The notes beneath the pieces were generated by a model. That model did no database searches. It saw nothing but the letters and a program-made list of their open reading frames with translations, and was not told the origin of the DNA. A program made the position numbers and the translations under genes. 64,000 bases of DNA from an uncultured delta proteobacterium (GTDB lineage: Bacteria > Myxococcota_A > Polyangia > Fen-1088), in NCBI GenBank assembly GCA_963767925.1, contig CAVYGB010000002.1, positions 1,984,001-2,048,000 on the forward strand. The letters run 5' to 3'. The number at the start of each line of letters is the position of its first letter. Position 1 is the first letter of the stretch. Positions 54,360 to 63,915 of the stretch are shown piece by piece.

Positions 54360-54362
54360 CCG

Positions 54363-54821
54363 ATGGAGTTTTTCCCTGAGCTCGAGGTGAGCGCCACCCA
54401 GGCCGAGGCGATCGCGCGGGGGCTGTACGCAGTGGCCCTCGTCGACGGCCTGCACGAGCGCGAGCTGGCCCTCATCTCCGACTTCTTCGGCAACACGGTC
54501 GAGGACGGGCGCCCCGAGCACGTGGGCGCCGCCGCCCTGGCCCGCCTGGGCCCCCTCGAGCCGGCCGCCCTGGCGGCGGTGCTGGCCGGTCAGGCCCACC
54601 GCGAGCTGTTCCTGAAGACCGCCTACCTGCTGGCCTGGGCCGACGGCCAGGTCTCGCCCGGCGAACGCACCACCATCGACGCCTTCGCCGCCGCCCTCGC
54701 CCTCGGCGCCGACACCGGCAAGCGCCTGGAGTCGGAGGTGAAGGACTACCTCCTGCGCCCCTTCGCCAGCCTGATCAACGTGGAAGGCGCCGCCGCCATC
54801 GCCAAGAAGCTGGGGCTGTAG
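54363..54821 (+). CDS. TerB-like protein
   Basis: Two acidic motifs VALVDGLHERE and LAWADGQVSPGE. Confidence 0.8.
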   Translation: MEFFPELEVSATQAEAIARGLYAVALVDGLHERELALISDFFGNTVEDGRPEHVGAAALARLGPLEPAALAAVLAGQAHRELFLKTAYLLAWADGQVSPGERTTIDAFAAALALGADTGKRLESEVKDYLLRPFASLINVEGAAAIAKKLGL

Positions 54822-54824
54822 CCG

Positions 54825-55721
54825 TCAAGCCGCCAGCCCCAGCGGGCGGGTGCTGGCGGCGTCGAGCAGGTAGTCGCGGAAGGCGGTGACCTTGCGGGGC
54901 AGGTGCTGGGCCCGGGAGTGGACCAGGGCCAGGCGGCCGGCGGGGCCGGCCAGGCGGGGCAAGACGCGCACCAGCTCGCCGCGCGCCAGGTCGCGCTGGG
55001 CGAGGAAAGCGGGCAGGGGGCCGAGGCCGGCGCCCGCCCGCAGGGCGTTGCGCACGAACAGGAAGTCGTCGGCCACGATGTTGCCGACCGCCTCGAGCCC
55101 GAACGCCTTCACCGGCCACTCCCTGCGGAACTGCACCCAGTCGTGGGCCCGGGCCTCCTCGGGGCTGCGGGGCGTCCCCCGGCGGGCCAGGTAGGCGGGC
55201 GCGGCGAAGAGCTGCGTCTCCACCATCGCCAGCTTGCGGGTGACGAGCGACGAGTCGGGCATGCGCGCCGCCCCGAAGGCCCGGATCGCCAGATCGAACC
55301 CCTCGGCCACGATGTCGACCCGGCGGTTGGTCAGCCGCACGTCCACCCGCACGCCGGGATAGCGGCGCACGAAGCCTGGCACCAGCTCGGCCAGGAAGAC
55401 CGCGCCCAGGTCGTGGGGCGCCGTGATGCGCAGGTCGCCCGAGGGCAGCTCCTCCTGCTCGGGCAAGGTGCCGAGCGCCTCGCGCAGCGATCGCAGCAGG
55501 GGCGCGCTCCGCTCGTAGACGGCCGTCCCGGCCGTCGACAGCGCCACCCGGCGGGTGGTCCGGTGCAGGAGCTGGGCGCCCACCGCCGCCTCCAGGCGGG
55601 CGATACCCCGGCTCACCGAGGACTTCGGCATGGCGAGCCGGCTGGCGGCGGCCGAGAAGCTGCCGGCGTCGGCCACCGCCACGAAGAGCCCGACGAGGTC
55701 GAGGGGGATTGTTCCACTCAT
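54825..55721 (-). CDS. LysR-family regulator (CrgA/DmlR-like)
   Basis: FVAVADAGSFSAAA, LLHRTTRRV, EGFDLAIR. Confidence 0.95.
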   Translation of the reverse strand: MSGTIPLDLVGLFVAVADAGSFSAAASRLAMPKSSVSRGIARLEAAVGAQLLHRTTRRVALSTAGTAVYERSAPLLRSLREALGTLPEQEELPSGDLRITAPHDLGAVFLAELVPGFVRRYPGVRVDVRLTNRRVDIVAEGFDLAIRAFGAARMPDSSLVTRKLAMVETQLFAAPAYLARRGTPRSPEEARAHDWVQFRREWPVKAFGLEAVGNIVADDFLFVRNALRAGAGLGPLPAFLAQRDLARGELVRVLPRLAGPAGRLALVHSRAQHLPRKVTAFRDYLLDAASTRPLGLAA

Positions 55722-55727
55722 GGAACA
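55710..55727. promoter_or_regulatory. LysR-type dyad operator
   Basis: TGTTCC-ACTCAT-GGAACA overlapping the LysR start, divergent to yceI. Confidence 0.6.
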
Positions 55728-55798
55728 GTATCTTGCTCGGAGGGGGGCTGGTTCTCCAGCGGGAACACGGCATAGTGAGTCTCGAAAGGAACGCGACC

Positions 55799-56419
55799 AT
55801 GCAACCCAACACCAACCAGCCCGACGTCGTCTCCGCTTCCCTCCCTGCCTCCGTGCCCGCGCCGGGCGCCGCCGGCCTGACGGAGTGGGAGATCGACACC
55901 GCCCACACCACCACACAGTTCTCGGTGCGCCACATGATGGTGGCCAAGGTGCGCGGTCAGTTCGAGAAGGTGACCGGCACGGTCAGCCTCGACGAGGCCG
56001 ACCTGACCCGCTCCCGGATCGAGGTGATCATCGACGCGTCGACCATCAGCACCCGCAACGAGCAGCGCGACGGCCACCTGAAGTCTCCCGACTTCTTCGA
56101 CGTGGCCCAGTACCCCGCCATCACCTTCAAGTCGACCCACATCGCCGACAAGGGCGGCGGCCACCTCGCCGTCACCGGCGACCTCACCCTGCACGGCGTG
56201 ACCCGCCCCATCACCCTGGCCGTCGAGGGACTGACCGCCCCCCTGAAGAACCCCTACGGAAAACGGGTGCGCGGCGTGGAGGCCAGGGGCAAGCTCAACC
56301 GCAAGGACTGGGGCCTGACCTGGAACGCCGCCCTCGAGACCGGCGGCGTCCTGGTGGGCGAGGAGGTGGAGCTCCAGATCGACGCCGAGCTGGCCGAGAA
56401 GGCCCCCGCCGCCGGCTGA
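55799..56419 (+). CDS. yceI: YceI-family lipid/polyisoprenoid-binding protein
   Basis: WEIDTAHT, FSVRHMM, RDGHLKSPDFFD, GDLTLHGVT, NRKDWGL. Confidence 0.93.
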   Translation: MQPNTNQPDVVSASLPASVPAPGAAGLTEWEIDTAHTTTQFSVRHMMVAKVRGQFEKVTGTVSLDEADLTRSRIEVIIDASTISTRNEQRDGHLKSPDFFDVAQYPAITFKSTHIADKGGGHLAVTGDLTLHGVTRPITLAVEGLTAPLKNPYGKRVRGVEARGKLNRKDWGLTWNAALETGGVLVGEEVELQIDAELAEKAPAAG

Positions 56420-56429
56420 CCGAGGTGCC

Positions 56430-57497
56430 GTGACAAGGAATCGACGAGACGTCCTCAAGGGGATCACGCTTGCCGCCGCCGCCGTGCCGCTGGGCGCGGC
56501 GGCCGGATGCAACCGCGTACCCTCGCGAGGAAAGGTGGAGAGCCCAGCCATGACCAGCGACAACGCCCCCGGCACTCTTTTCACTGGCTCATCGAGCCCG
56601 ACATCTCCGCCCGGGGCCTCTCCGCCTCCTTCGGCTGGCTCTTCGAGCCCGCCCCTGCCCGCCGGAGGCGCCCCGGCTGCCTCCGCCGCATCATCATCGA
56701 GCCCGACCGCGCGCGCGGGCGGGGCCGGTCCCATGCCGGTGATCTTCCTGGCCCACGGATCGCCGATGCTGCTCGACGACGCGGGCTGGATGGACGAGCT
56801 GGCCCGCTGGGCGGCGGTGCTGCCCCGTCCCCGGTCGGTGCTGATGCTCTCGGCCCACTGGGAAGAGCGCCCGACCACCCTCGCTGCCACCCGCACCCTC
56901 CCGCTGGTCTACGACTTCCATGGCTTCCCCGCCCGCTACTACCAGGTCAAGTACCCGGCGCCGGGCGCCCCGGAGCTGGCCGAGCGCGTGCGCGCCCTGG
57001 CAGGCGCCAGCGGCCCCATCGCCGAAGATCCCCGCCGCGGCCTCGACCACGGCGCCTACGTCCCGCTGGTGGCCATGTACCCCACCGCCGACGTGCCCGT
57101 CCTGCAGGTATCGCTTCCCACCCTCGAGCCGGCCCCGCTGTTCGCCCTCGGCCAGGCCCTGGCCCCCCTGCGCGACGAGGGCGTCCTGATCGTGGGCAGC
57201 GGCTTCCTCACCCACAACCTCCGCGCCGCCGACTTCAGCCCCACCCCCACCACCCCCCGCTGGGCCGCCGAGTTCGACACCTGGGCCGCCGAGAGCATCA
57301 CCCGCGGCGACATCGACAACATCCTCGACTACCGCCAGCGCGCCCCCGCCGTCCGCCAGGCCCTCCCCACCCACGAACACTTCGTCCCCCTCCTGGTCTC
57401 CCTCGGCGCCGCCAGCCAGTCCCCCAACCAGGTCCAGTTCCCCATCACCGGCTTCCTCGCCGGCTCCCTCACCCGCCGCTCCGTCCAGTTCGGCTGA
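56430..57497 (+). CDS. Class III extradiol (DODA/YgiD-type, LigB fold) dioxygenase with a Tat-like N-terminal extension
   Basis: FLAHGSP, SAHW, YDFHGFP, GLDHG, GSGFLTHNL, PTHEHFVP. Confidence 0.9.
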   Translation: MTRNRRDVLKGITLAAAAVPLGAAAGCNRVPSRGKVESPAMTSDNAPGTLFTGSSSPTSPPGASPPPSAGSSSPPLPAGGAPAASAASSSSPTARAGGAGPMPVIFLAHGSPMLLDDAGWMDELARWAAVLPRPRSVLMLSAHWEERPTTLAATRTLPLVYDFHGFPARYYQVKYPAPGAPELAERVRALAGASGPIAEDPRRGLDHGAYVPLVAMYPTADVPVLQVSLPTLEPAPLFALGQALAPLRDEGVLIVGSGFLTHNLRAADFSPTPTTPRWAAEFDTWAAESITRGDIDNILDYRQRAPAVRQALPTHEHFVPLLVSLGAASQSPNQVQFPITGFLAGSLTRRSVQFG

Positions 57498-57643
57498 GCC
57501 GCTCCTGGCAGGGCCGGGGAGGTCCGACGGCGTATACTTGAATAGGGCAATATCTTGGGCCTCCTCGTCGCCCGTTCGCCCTCGCCCGACGGCGGGGCAG
57601 GGAAGGGGTCAGGGGCGGCTCGCTTGCGGCGGGTCGTCGGGAC

Positions 57644-59068
57644 ATGCTCGGGGGGTATGAGCGGGTCGTCGTGAAGGGGTCGTCCGAGCTACCGGGGCTG
57701 CCAGGCGGGTTGCCCGGGGTGGGCCACTTGCTCGCCTTCCGGCGGGATCCGCTCGGCGTCTTGCGGAGGCTGAGCGCGCTGCCCGGGGATCTCTGGGCGC
57801 TGCGCCTCGGTACCCGTCGCGTGATCGTGGCCAGCAGCCCCGCCGTCGCCGAGGCGCTCCTCGTCCGGCTGGCGCCCGCGCTGGAGAAGGGGCCCCTGGT
57901 GCGCCGCTGGAGCCGCGGCCTGCTCGGCGAGGGGCTCATCGCGTGTGCGACCGACGCCCACGCCACCCATCGCGCCCAGCTCACCTTGGCCTTCTCCCCG
58001 CCCCGCCGCGAGGCCACCCTGCGCACCCTCGGCCTCGCCGCCGCCGAGGCGCTCGCGAAGCTCCGCGCGGCGACGACCAGCGCCGGAGCGGGGGGGATGT
58101 CGCGCGGGGGGCTGTCGATCGAGCTGGGGCAGGCGGCGCGGGAGCTCGTGGCGGCGGTCCTGGGGCCGGCGCTGTTTCCCACCGTCGGCGCTGAAGCCTG
58201 GCGCGCGATCGTCGCCGCGCTGGACGCGGTCAACGGCTATCTCACCGCCCGCATCCGCAACCCGCTGCTCCCCCCGATCGGCGGACCCACCCCCGGCGCC
58301 CGCCGGGCCGCCACCGCCCTTCGCGCCCTGAACACAGCGATCGACAGCGAGATCCGCGCCCGCCGCGCCGCCCTCTCCCCGCCGGAAGCTGCCGCGAGCT
58401 CCGGCGATCTGCTCGATGTCCTGCTCGGCAGCCGCGACCCTGACGGCTCGCCGCTGTCGTCCGACCGGATCCGTGATGAGCTGGTCACCTTCCTCGCCGC
58501 CAGCTACGAGACCACCGCCAGCGCCCTGACCTGGACCCTCGCCCTCCTCGCCCAGCACCGCGCCATCGCCGCGGGCGTCCGCCAGGAGGCGCGCGCCGTC
58601 GCCAGGGCAGGCGCGCCCCTCACGGCCGAGGATCTCCCCGCGCTCGTCGCTTGCGAGCAGGCGATCCGGGAGGCCCTCCGCCTCTGGCCACCCGTCCACA
58701 CCCTCGGCCGCGAGGCTCGCGAGCCGATCCTCCTCGGCGGCCACACCCTCCCTCCCGGCACCATCCTCGCGTTCAGCACCTACCTCCTCCACCGCCGCCC
58801 CGACCTCTATCCGGCCCCCGACCGCTTCTCCCCCGACCGCTTCTCCCAGGCTCCCGCTTCCCCCGCGCGCTTCGCCTACCTGCCCTTCGGCGCTGGCCCC
58901 CGCGCCTGCATCGGCGGCGACCTCGCCCTCTGCACCCTGAAGCTCCTCGTCTCCGGCCTCCTGGCCCACGACACGCTCGTCCCCGCCGCCACGTTCCACC
59001 TGGCGCCCCAGCTCCTCGTCACCCTCCGTCCCCGGAGCCCCCTCTCCCTGCACCTCGCCCCGGAATAG
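57644..59068 (+). CDS. Cytochrome P450
   Basis: FLAASYETT, EALRLWPP, FSPDRF, PFGAGPRACIG. Confidence 0.95.
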   Translation: MLGGYERVVVKGSSELPGLPGGLPGVGHLLAFRRDPLGVLRRLSALPGDLWALRLGTRRVIVASSPAVAEALLVRLAPALEKGPLVRRWSRGLLGEGLIACATDAHATHRAQLTLAFSPPRREATLRTLGLAAAEALAKLRAATTSAGAGGMSRGGLSIELGQAARELVAAVLGPALFPTVGAEAWRAIVAALDAVNGYLTARIRNPLLPPIGGPTPGARRAATALRALNTAIDSEIRARRAALSPPEAAASSGDLLDVLLGSRDPDGSPLSSDRIRDELVTFLAASYETTASALTWTLALLAQHRAIAAGVRQEARAVARAGAPLTAEDLPALVACEQAIREALRLWPPVHTLGREAREPILLGGHTLPPGTILAFSTYLLHRRPDLYPAPDRFSPDRFSQAPASPARFAYLPFGAGPRACIGGDLALCTLKLLVSGLLAHDTLVPAATFHLAPQLLVTLRPRSPLSLHLAPE

Positions 59069-59109
59069 CCCCTCTGGCCAGTCCGATCCCGCGCCCCGGG
59101 CGGCGGTGG

Positions 59110-59994
59110 TCAGGCACGGTGGGCCCGCCGGGGGCGGGGGTGGTGGGCCTGCTCGAAGGGGGGAACGCGGGTGGCCTCGGCGGGGGTGAGGTGGAGGCGG
59201 TGGGTGCCGAACAGGCCGTCGCAGAGGGGGAGCATGAAGTTCAGGTTGGCACGGGGGTCGACGTGGTGGACGTAATGGCGCCGGTCGAGCCAGCGGAACC
59301 AGCGGCGGCGCTCGATCCAGCGGTCGCGGGGGGTGTGCATGGCGCCGTGGACGTGGGCCAGGGCGAAGGAGACGGCGGCGAGGGTGAGCCCGCAGGCGGC
59401 GAGGAAGAAGGGGTCGCGGGTCAGCAGCCAGGCGGGCAGCAAGATGAGCGGGACGCCGGTGGCGGCGTGCAGGGCCACCTGGCTCCACTCGGTGAGGCGG
59501 CTGTCGAAAGGGGTCTCGGCCATGCGGAACGGGAGCAGCGGGGCGCGCACGCGCATGAAGGGGAAGGGGCCCGCCTGCACGTAGCGGGTCGGTGGGAACA
59601 GCGCCACGTGGTGTCCTTGCTGGTGGATCCGCCGCAGCAGCCCCAGCCCGGGCATCCGACCGTGGTACAGCACCCGGTGCACGAGCCACTCGCCGAGCGA
59701 GCACAGCGCCAGCGTGAAGGCGACCGCGGCGAGGGCCGTCAGCGCGGGCGGCAGCCGCTGCGCGAGAACGGCCAGCGCCAGACAGCCGCCGACCAGGATC
59801 ACCCCACCCGCGACCGGGCGCACCCCGCGCGCAGCGGTGGGGCCCGGAGCGCGACGCACGCCTGGCACGTACGCAACGGTGGGATCTGGGCTCGGGCGCC
59901 CCTCCGGCGCGTGTCCGGGCAGGGCGTGGCGGTGCGCGCCGCGGGTGGGTGGCGGCGGGGCGGTCGGTCGGGGGCGTTGCTGCTTCAGTGCCAC
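59110..59994 (-). CDS. Sterol desaturase/fatty-acid hydroxylase family membrane enzyme
   Basis: His boxes EWLVHRVLYH, HQQGHH, HGAMH, HYVHH, NLNF..PLCDGLFGT; start uncertain. Confidence 0.8.
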   Translation of the reverse strand: MALKQQRPRPTAPPPPTRGAHRHALPGHAPEGRPSPDPTVAYVPGVRRAPGPTAARGVRPVAGGVILVGGCLALAVLAQRLPPALTALAAVAFTLALCSLGEWLVHRVLYHGRMPGLGLLRRIHQQGHHVALFPPTRYVQAGPFPFMRVRAPLLPFRMAETPFDSRLTEWSQVALHAATGVPLILLPAWLLTRDPFFLAACGLTLAAVSFALAHVHGAMHTPRDRWIERRRWFRWLDRRHYVHHVDPRANLNFMLPLCDGLFGTHRLHLTPAEATRVPPFEQAHHPRPRRAHRA

Positions 59995-60785
59995 GCGCGG
60001 GTGTAGGTGATGGCGCCGTCGAGGCGTTTGCGGACTTCCTGGCCGATGCGGAGGAGCTGGAACGGGTGACGGCGCTGCTGCTCGGCCTCGTAGACGAGCA
60101 GGCGGTAGAGCGACAGGGCCTCGGGGATGGTGAACTCGTAGCGAACGTCGGCGTCGCCGGTCAGGCCGGGGGTGTGGAAGAAGAAGCCGTCGACGTTGAG
60201 GACGGTGGCGCCGACCACGACCTTGTCGCCGTGGTAGGTGAGGCCGGTCGGGTTCTTTATCGCGAAGTGCATGAAGTCGTCGACGCCGAAGCCCTTCTTG
60301 TCGCCGGGGTCGGTGAAATAGAACATCCCGTGGATCCGCTCGAGGCAGGGGACGAACAGCACGTAGGCGATGTGGAAGATCTCCTGCTCGTCCAGCTTGC
60401 CATCGGCCAGCGCGTCGCGGAGGTTGCGGAGCTGCGTCAGCGTGACCGGGACCACCAGCGTGGCCGGCCGCGCCGCCGCTTCCGGTCCCCGGGTGAGGGT
60501 GGCCCGCCCGTCGGCCAGCGCCACCGAATAGGCCAGCCGTCCGTCGAGCACCACCGCGATCACCTCGTTCATGCCGGCGAGCAGGCCGTTCGACTCGGCG
60601 CTGCGCCGGCTCTGCTCGAGCAGCCCCTCGGCCTCCTCGAGGTCGCCGCCGTGCACCTCCAGCACCGGCGGCGGCTGCGGCCGTACGGTGGACACATATC
60701 GAGACGACGCGCAGCCGGCCAGCAGGGCCAGCGGCAGGGCGGTGCGCAGGACGCCGGCGAGGCCCGGGACGAACATGCCCCGCAT
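59985..60785 (-). CDS. Lipoprotein, possibly with SCP2-like lipid-binding domains
   Basis: LLAGC lipobox; YSVALADGRATLTRG..ATLVVPV and PGLTGDADVRYEF segments. Confidence 0.65.
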   Translation of the reverse strand: MRGMFVPGLAGVLRTALPLALLAGCASSRYVSTVRPQPPPVLEVHGGDLEEAEGLLEQSRRSAESNGLLAGMNEVIAVVLDGRLAYSVALADGRATLTRGPEAAARPATLVVPVTLTQLRNLRDALADGKLDEQEIFHIAYVLFVPCLERIHGMFYFTDPGDKKGFGVDDFMHFAIKNPTGLTYHGDKVVVGATVLNVDGFFFHTPGLTGDADVRYEFTIPEALSLYRLLVYEAEQQRRHPFQLLRIGQEVRKRLDGAITYTRAWH

Positions 60786-60919
60786 CGTACCGCGCCCGTG
60801 CCAGCAGGGCCCGCCCCCGCGCAGGGTTTGCCGGCGGGCGACCCGAGGCGGAGGACGAGATGGAGGTAGGTCCCCGGGCGACGCCGAAACCCAGAGGTCG
60901 CTGCACGGGTCAGGGGCGG

Positions 60920-61093
60920 AGACCCCTCACCCCACGCTCTCCCCGCTGCGCGGGGCGAGGCCGAACGATTGGCGAGTTGCCAGGGTCGACTTCGAACCCG
61001 GGGAACCGGCGCGGATCTCCCGAGAATTCGGCACCTCGTTGCTCGTTCGCCCTCGCCCCGCGGCAGCGGGGAGAGGGTGGGGGTGAGGGGTCT
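60920..61093. repeat. Inverted doublet of the dispersed REP-like palindrome
   Basis: Reverse copy 60920-60966 and forward copy 61045-61093. Confidence 0.8.
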
Positions 61094-61110
61094 GCCGGGG
61101 GAGCGGTCGG

Positions 61111-62898
61111 GTGGCGCCCCTGGCGCCCTGCGGGGAGGCTCTTCGGGCGATCCGCTATGCTTGGCGGCTGCCCTTGCCGGCGCGGTCCACGCCCTTGCGG
61201 TCCTTGCGACGCCTCCTCTCTGCCACCCCCCACCAGGGCGGCGACCTGCGCCTGCATACCGTCGCGCCCGACGTCTTTCTGTACCGGGGGTACTTCAGCA
61301 ACTCGGCGGTGTTGCTGCTGCCGCGCTCGGTGCTGGTTGTCGACAGCCAGGTGACGCCGCGGGCGGCACAGCCGCTGCTGGCCCAGCTCCGCGCGCTCAC
61401 CGATCGGCCGGTGCGGTTCGTGTTCAACACCCACCACCACGGCGACCACGTCGGCGGCAACGCGGCCTTCGCCGGCGCCGAGCTCCTCGGCAGCGCGCGC
61501 ACCGCCCGCTCCGTCGTCGAGCGCGCCGGCGAGCGGCTGGACTACGCCCGCACCTTCGGCCTCGAGATCGACGAGGTCCCCCCGCCGGTGCCGCCCACCC
61601 GCACGTTCGACGAGCGCCTCGACCTCACGGTCGACGGCGAGCGGCTGGAGCTGTTTCGCGCTGGACAGATCGAGACGCCCGACGCGGCCGTGCTCTGGTG
61701 GCCCGCCCGCCGCGTGCTGGCCGCCGGTGACGGCGTCGCCACCGCCGGCTACCCCTACCTGGGGGTCCCCTTCCTCGACGAGGGCCTCCGCGACGATGGC
61801 CAGTGGATCGGCTACCTCGAGCGCCTGCGCGCGCTCCGACCGCGCGTCCTGCTCCCCGGCCACGGCCCCGCCCTGGTCGGCGAGCGCCGGATCGCCCGTC
61901 GCCTCGACCTCCTGATGTCCCTCATGCGCGACCTCCTGGCCGCCACCCGCGCCGAGCTGAGCGCCCTCGCCAGGGAGCGACCGCTTCTCCTGGCCGAGCC
62001 CGGCGGCGGCGCCGCTGCGGCAGCGCGCGGGGGTGACGCTCCGCCGGCTGGTCCCGGCGCGAGCCAGCTCCCGCCCGCCGAGATCGCCGCGCTGGTTGCG
62101 CGCATCGACCGGCGGCTGGCCCGCTATGGCCGGCGCGCCGACCTCGAGCAGTCGGTGGCGACCCAGCGCTTCGCGATCTACCGCGCCCTCAACGGCTGCC
62201 TCCCCGGCCGCGCCGGTCGGGGCTGGTGGCACGACCTGCGCCCGAGCGCCCTCGCCGTCGCCCCACCCGCCGAGGGCGCGGCCGAGGTGGCCCGCTGGGT
62301 GCCGGCCGCCCCCGCGCCCCCCGCCGCCCGCCTCGAGGATCTGGCTCGCCAGGGTCGCCGCGATCTCGCCATCGCTGCCGTGGAGTGCTGGCTGACCCAG
62401 CAGCCCGCCGCCGCCGCGCCCGGCGCCTCCACCGGCGCGGACGCCGCCACCGTCCCTACCGCCGCCGCCGTCCCCACCGCCAGCGGCGTCTCCGTCGCCC
62501 ACGCCCTGCTGGGCGAGCTCTACTTCGCGGGCGCCGCCGAGGTCCCCTCGAAGATCGACGGCACCGAATACATCCGCGCCGCCGCCGGCGCCGCCCGGGC
62601 GGCCCTCGCCCTCGATCCGCGAGCGCCGCTGGCCTTGCTCGACCTCGGGACCATCGAGATCCTCAGCGCCCTCATCGCGGGTCAAGATCCCACCCGCGGG
62701 GCCGGGCGGGTGCAGGCCGCCCTGCTCTCCGGCGCGCTCGACCGCCCGCAGCGCCGCCGGGCCCGCTTCGCCCTCGCCAAGGCCGAGCAAGCCGCCTTCC
62801 GGCCTGCGGAGGCCGACCGGCGGCTGCGCGATCTCCTGCCCGCCTGGGCCCGGCCTCTGTTTCCCCTGCTGCGCACCCGCCTGCGGAGCTTGCCGTGA
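61111..62898 (+). CDS. Metallo-beta-lactamase-fold hydrolase with a helical C-terminal extension
   Basis: LVVDS, NTHHHGDHVGGN, AAGD, LPGHG; start uncertain. Confidence 0.88.
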   Translation: MAPLAPCGEALRAIRYAWRLPLPARSTPLRSLRRLLSATPHQGGDLRLHTVAPDVFLYRGYFSNSAVLLLPRSVLVVDSQVTPRAAQPLLAQLRALTDRPVRFVFNTHHHGDHVGGNAAFAGAELLGSARTARSVVERAGERLDYARTFGLEIDEVPPPVPPTRTFDERLDLTVDGERLELFRAGQIETPDAAVLWWPARRVLAAGDGVATAGYPYLGVPFLDEGLRDDGQWIGYLERLRALRPRVLLPGHGPALVGERRIARRLDLLMSLMRDLLAATRAELSALARERPLLLAEPGGGAAAAARGGDAPPAGPGASQLPPAEIAALVARIDRRLARYGRRADLEQSVATQRFAIYRALNGCLPGRAGRGWWHDLRPSALAVAPPAEGAAEVARWVPAAPAPPAARLEDLARQGRRDLAIAAVECWLTQQPAAAAPGASTGADAATVPTAAAVPTASGVSVAHALLGELYFAGAAEVPSKIDGTEYIRAAAGAARAALALDPRAPLALLDLGTIEILSALIAGQDPTRGAGRVQAALLSGALDRPQRRRARFALAKAEQAAFRPAEADRRLRDLLPAWARPLFPLLRTRLRSLP

Positions 62899-63848
62899 AC
62901 GGCCCGCCCGCCGCTCTGCCGCCCCTCGCCGGCGTCGCGCTCGGACCGGCGCGCTCCCCGAACCGTTCGCTCGTCGCCGGGGTCAACGCCCTCTTCCGCA
63001 GCCGGGAGGCCGAAGCGCCGGCCGCCACCCGCCTGCTGCACGATCCCTACGCCCGGCTCTTCCGCGAGCGCCACGCGCTGGTCTGGGCCTTGCGCGGGCT
63101 GCGCTGGCTGCTGCCGCCCCTGCGCCGGCTGATCGACGACCTGCAGATCGCCCACTGCGTCCGCCACCGCAGCATCGACGAGCTGTGTCTCCAGGCCGCC
63201 GGCCGCGACGGCTTTCCGCAGATCGTCCTGCTCGGCGCGGGCTACGACACGCGGCCGCTCCGCCTGGCCGCCGCCCTCCCCGGCGTCCGCTGGATCGAGG
63301 TGGACCACCCGGCCACCGCCGCCCGCAAGGCCCACCTCTGGTCCCGCCAGCCACCCCCCCCGCCCCCGGCCGCCGACGACGCCCCCCCCGCCCCCGCCTC
63401 CGCCCGGGTGGCCCTCGACTTCACCCGCTGCCTCCCTCCGACCCCCGACCACACCTGGCTGGTCCACCCTTTGCGCGCCGTGGGCTTCGACCCGGACGCC
63501 CCCGCCTGCTTCGTGCTCGAGGGCCTCGCCCACTACCTGCCGCGCCCCGTCCTCGCCCGCCTCCTCGGCGCCGCCGGCGCGGGGCCTGGCCGCCGCCGCA
63601 TCATCCTCAGCTTCATCCGCCCCGAGATGGCCCGGGCCGCGCCACCCCTCTTCGTCACCCTGGTGCGCCTCCTGCGCGAGGTCCCCACCACCCACCTCGC
63701 CCGCGACGAGCTGGCGCACCTCGCCCGCGCGAGCGGTCTACACCTGCGGGACCATTACACCTTCGCCGACCAGGTCCGCCACCTCCTGCCCACGCCCCCC
63801 CGCCGCACCCCCCGCCTCACCCAGGATCTCGCCACCTTCGACGCGTGA
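62895..63848 (+). CDS. SAM-dependent methyltransferase (leucine carboxyl methyltransferase/TIGR00027-like)
   Basis: DPYARLF, QIVLLGAGYDTR, IEVDHP, LEGL; GTGA overlap with the MBL gene. Confidence 0.9.
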   Translation: MNGPPAALPPLAGVALGPARSPNRSLVAGVNALFRSREAEAPAATRLLHDPYARLFRERHALVWALRGLRWLLPPLRRLIDDLQIAHCVRHRSIDELCLQAAGRDGFPQIVLLGAGYDTRPLRLAAALPGVRWIEVDHPATAARKAHLWSRQPPPPPPAADDAPPAPASARVALDFTRCLPPTPDHTWLVHPLRAVGFDPDAPACFVLEGLAHYLPRPVLARLLGAAGAGPGRRRIILSFIRPEMARAAPPLFVTLVRLLREVPTTHLARDELAHLARASGLHLRDHYTFADQVRHLLPTPPRRTPRLTQDLATFDA

Positions 63849-63915
63849 TCCGGAACCCCGCGGCCCCCCTGCAAACGGGAACCGCAGGCGGCGCGGCTGT
63901 GTGTAATCTCGGCCG

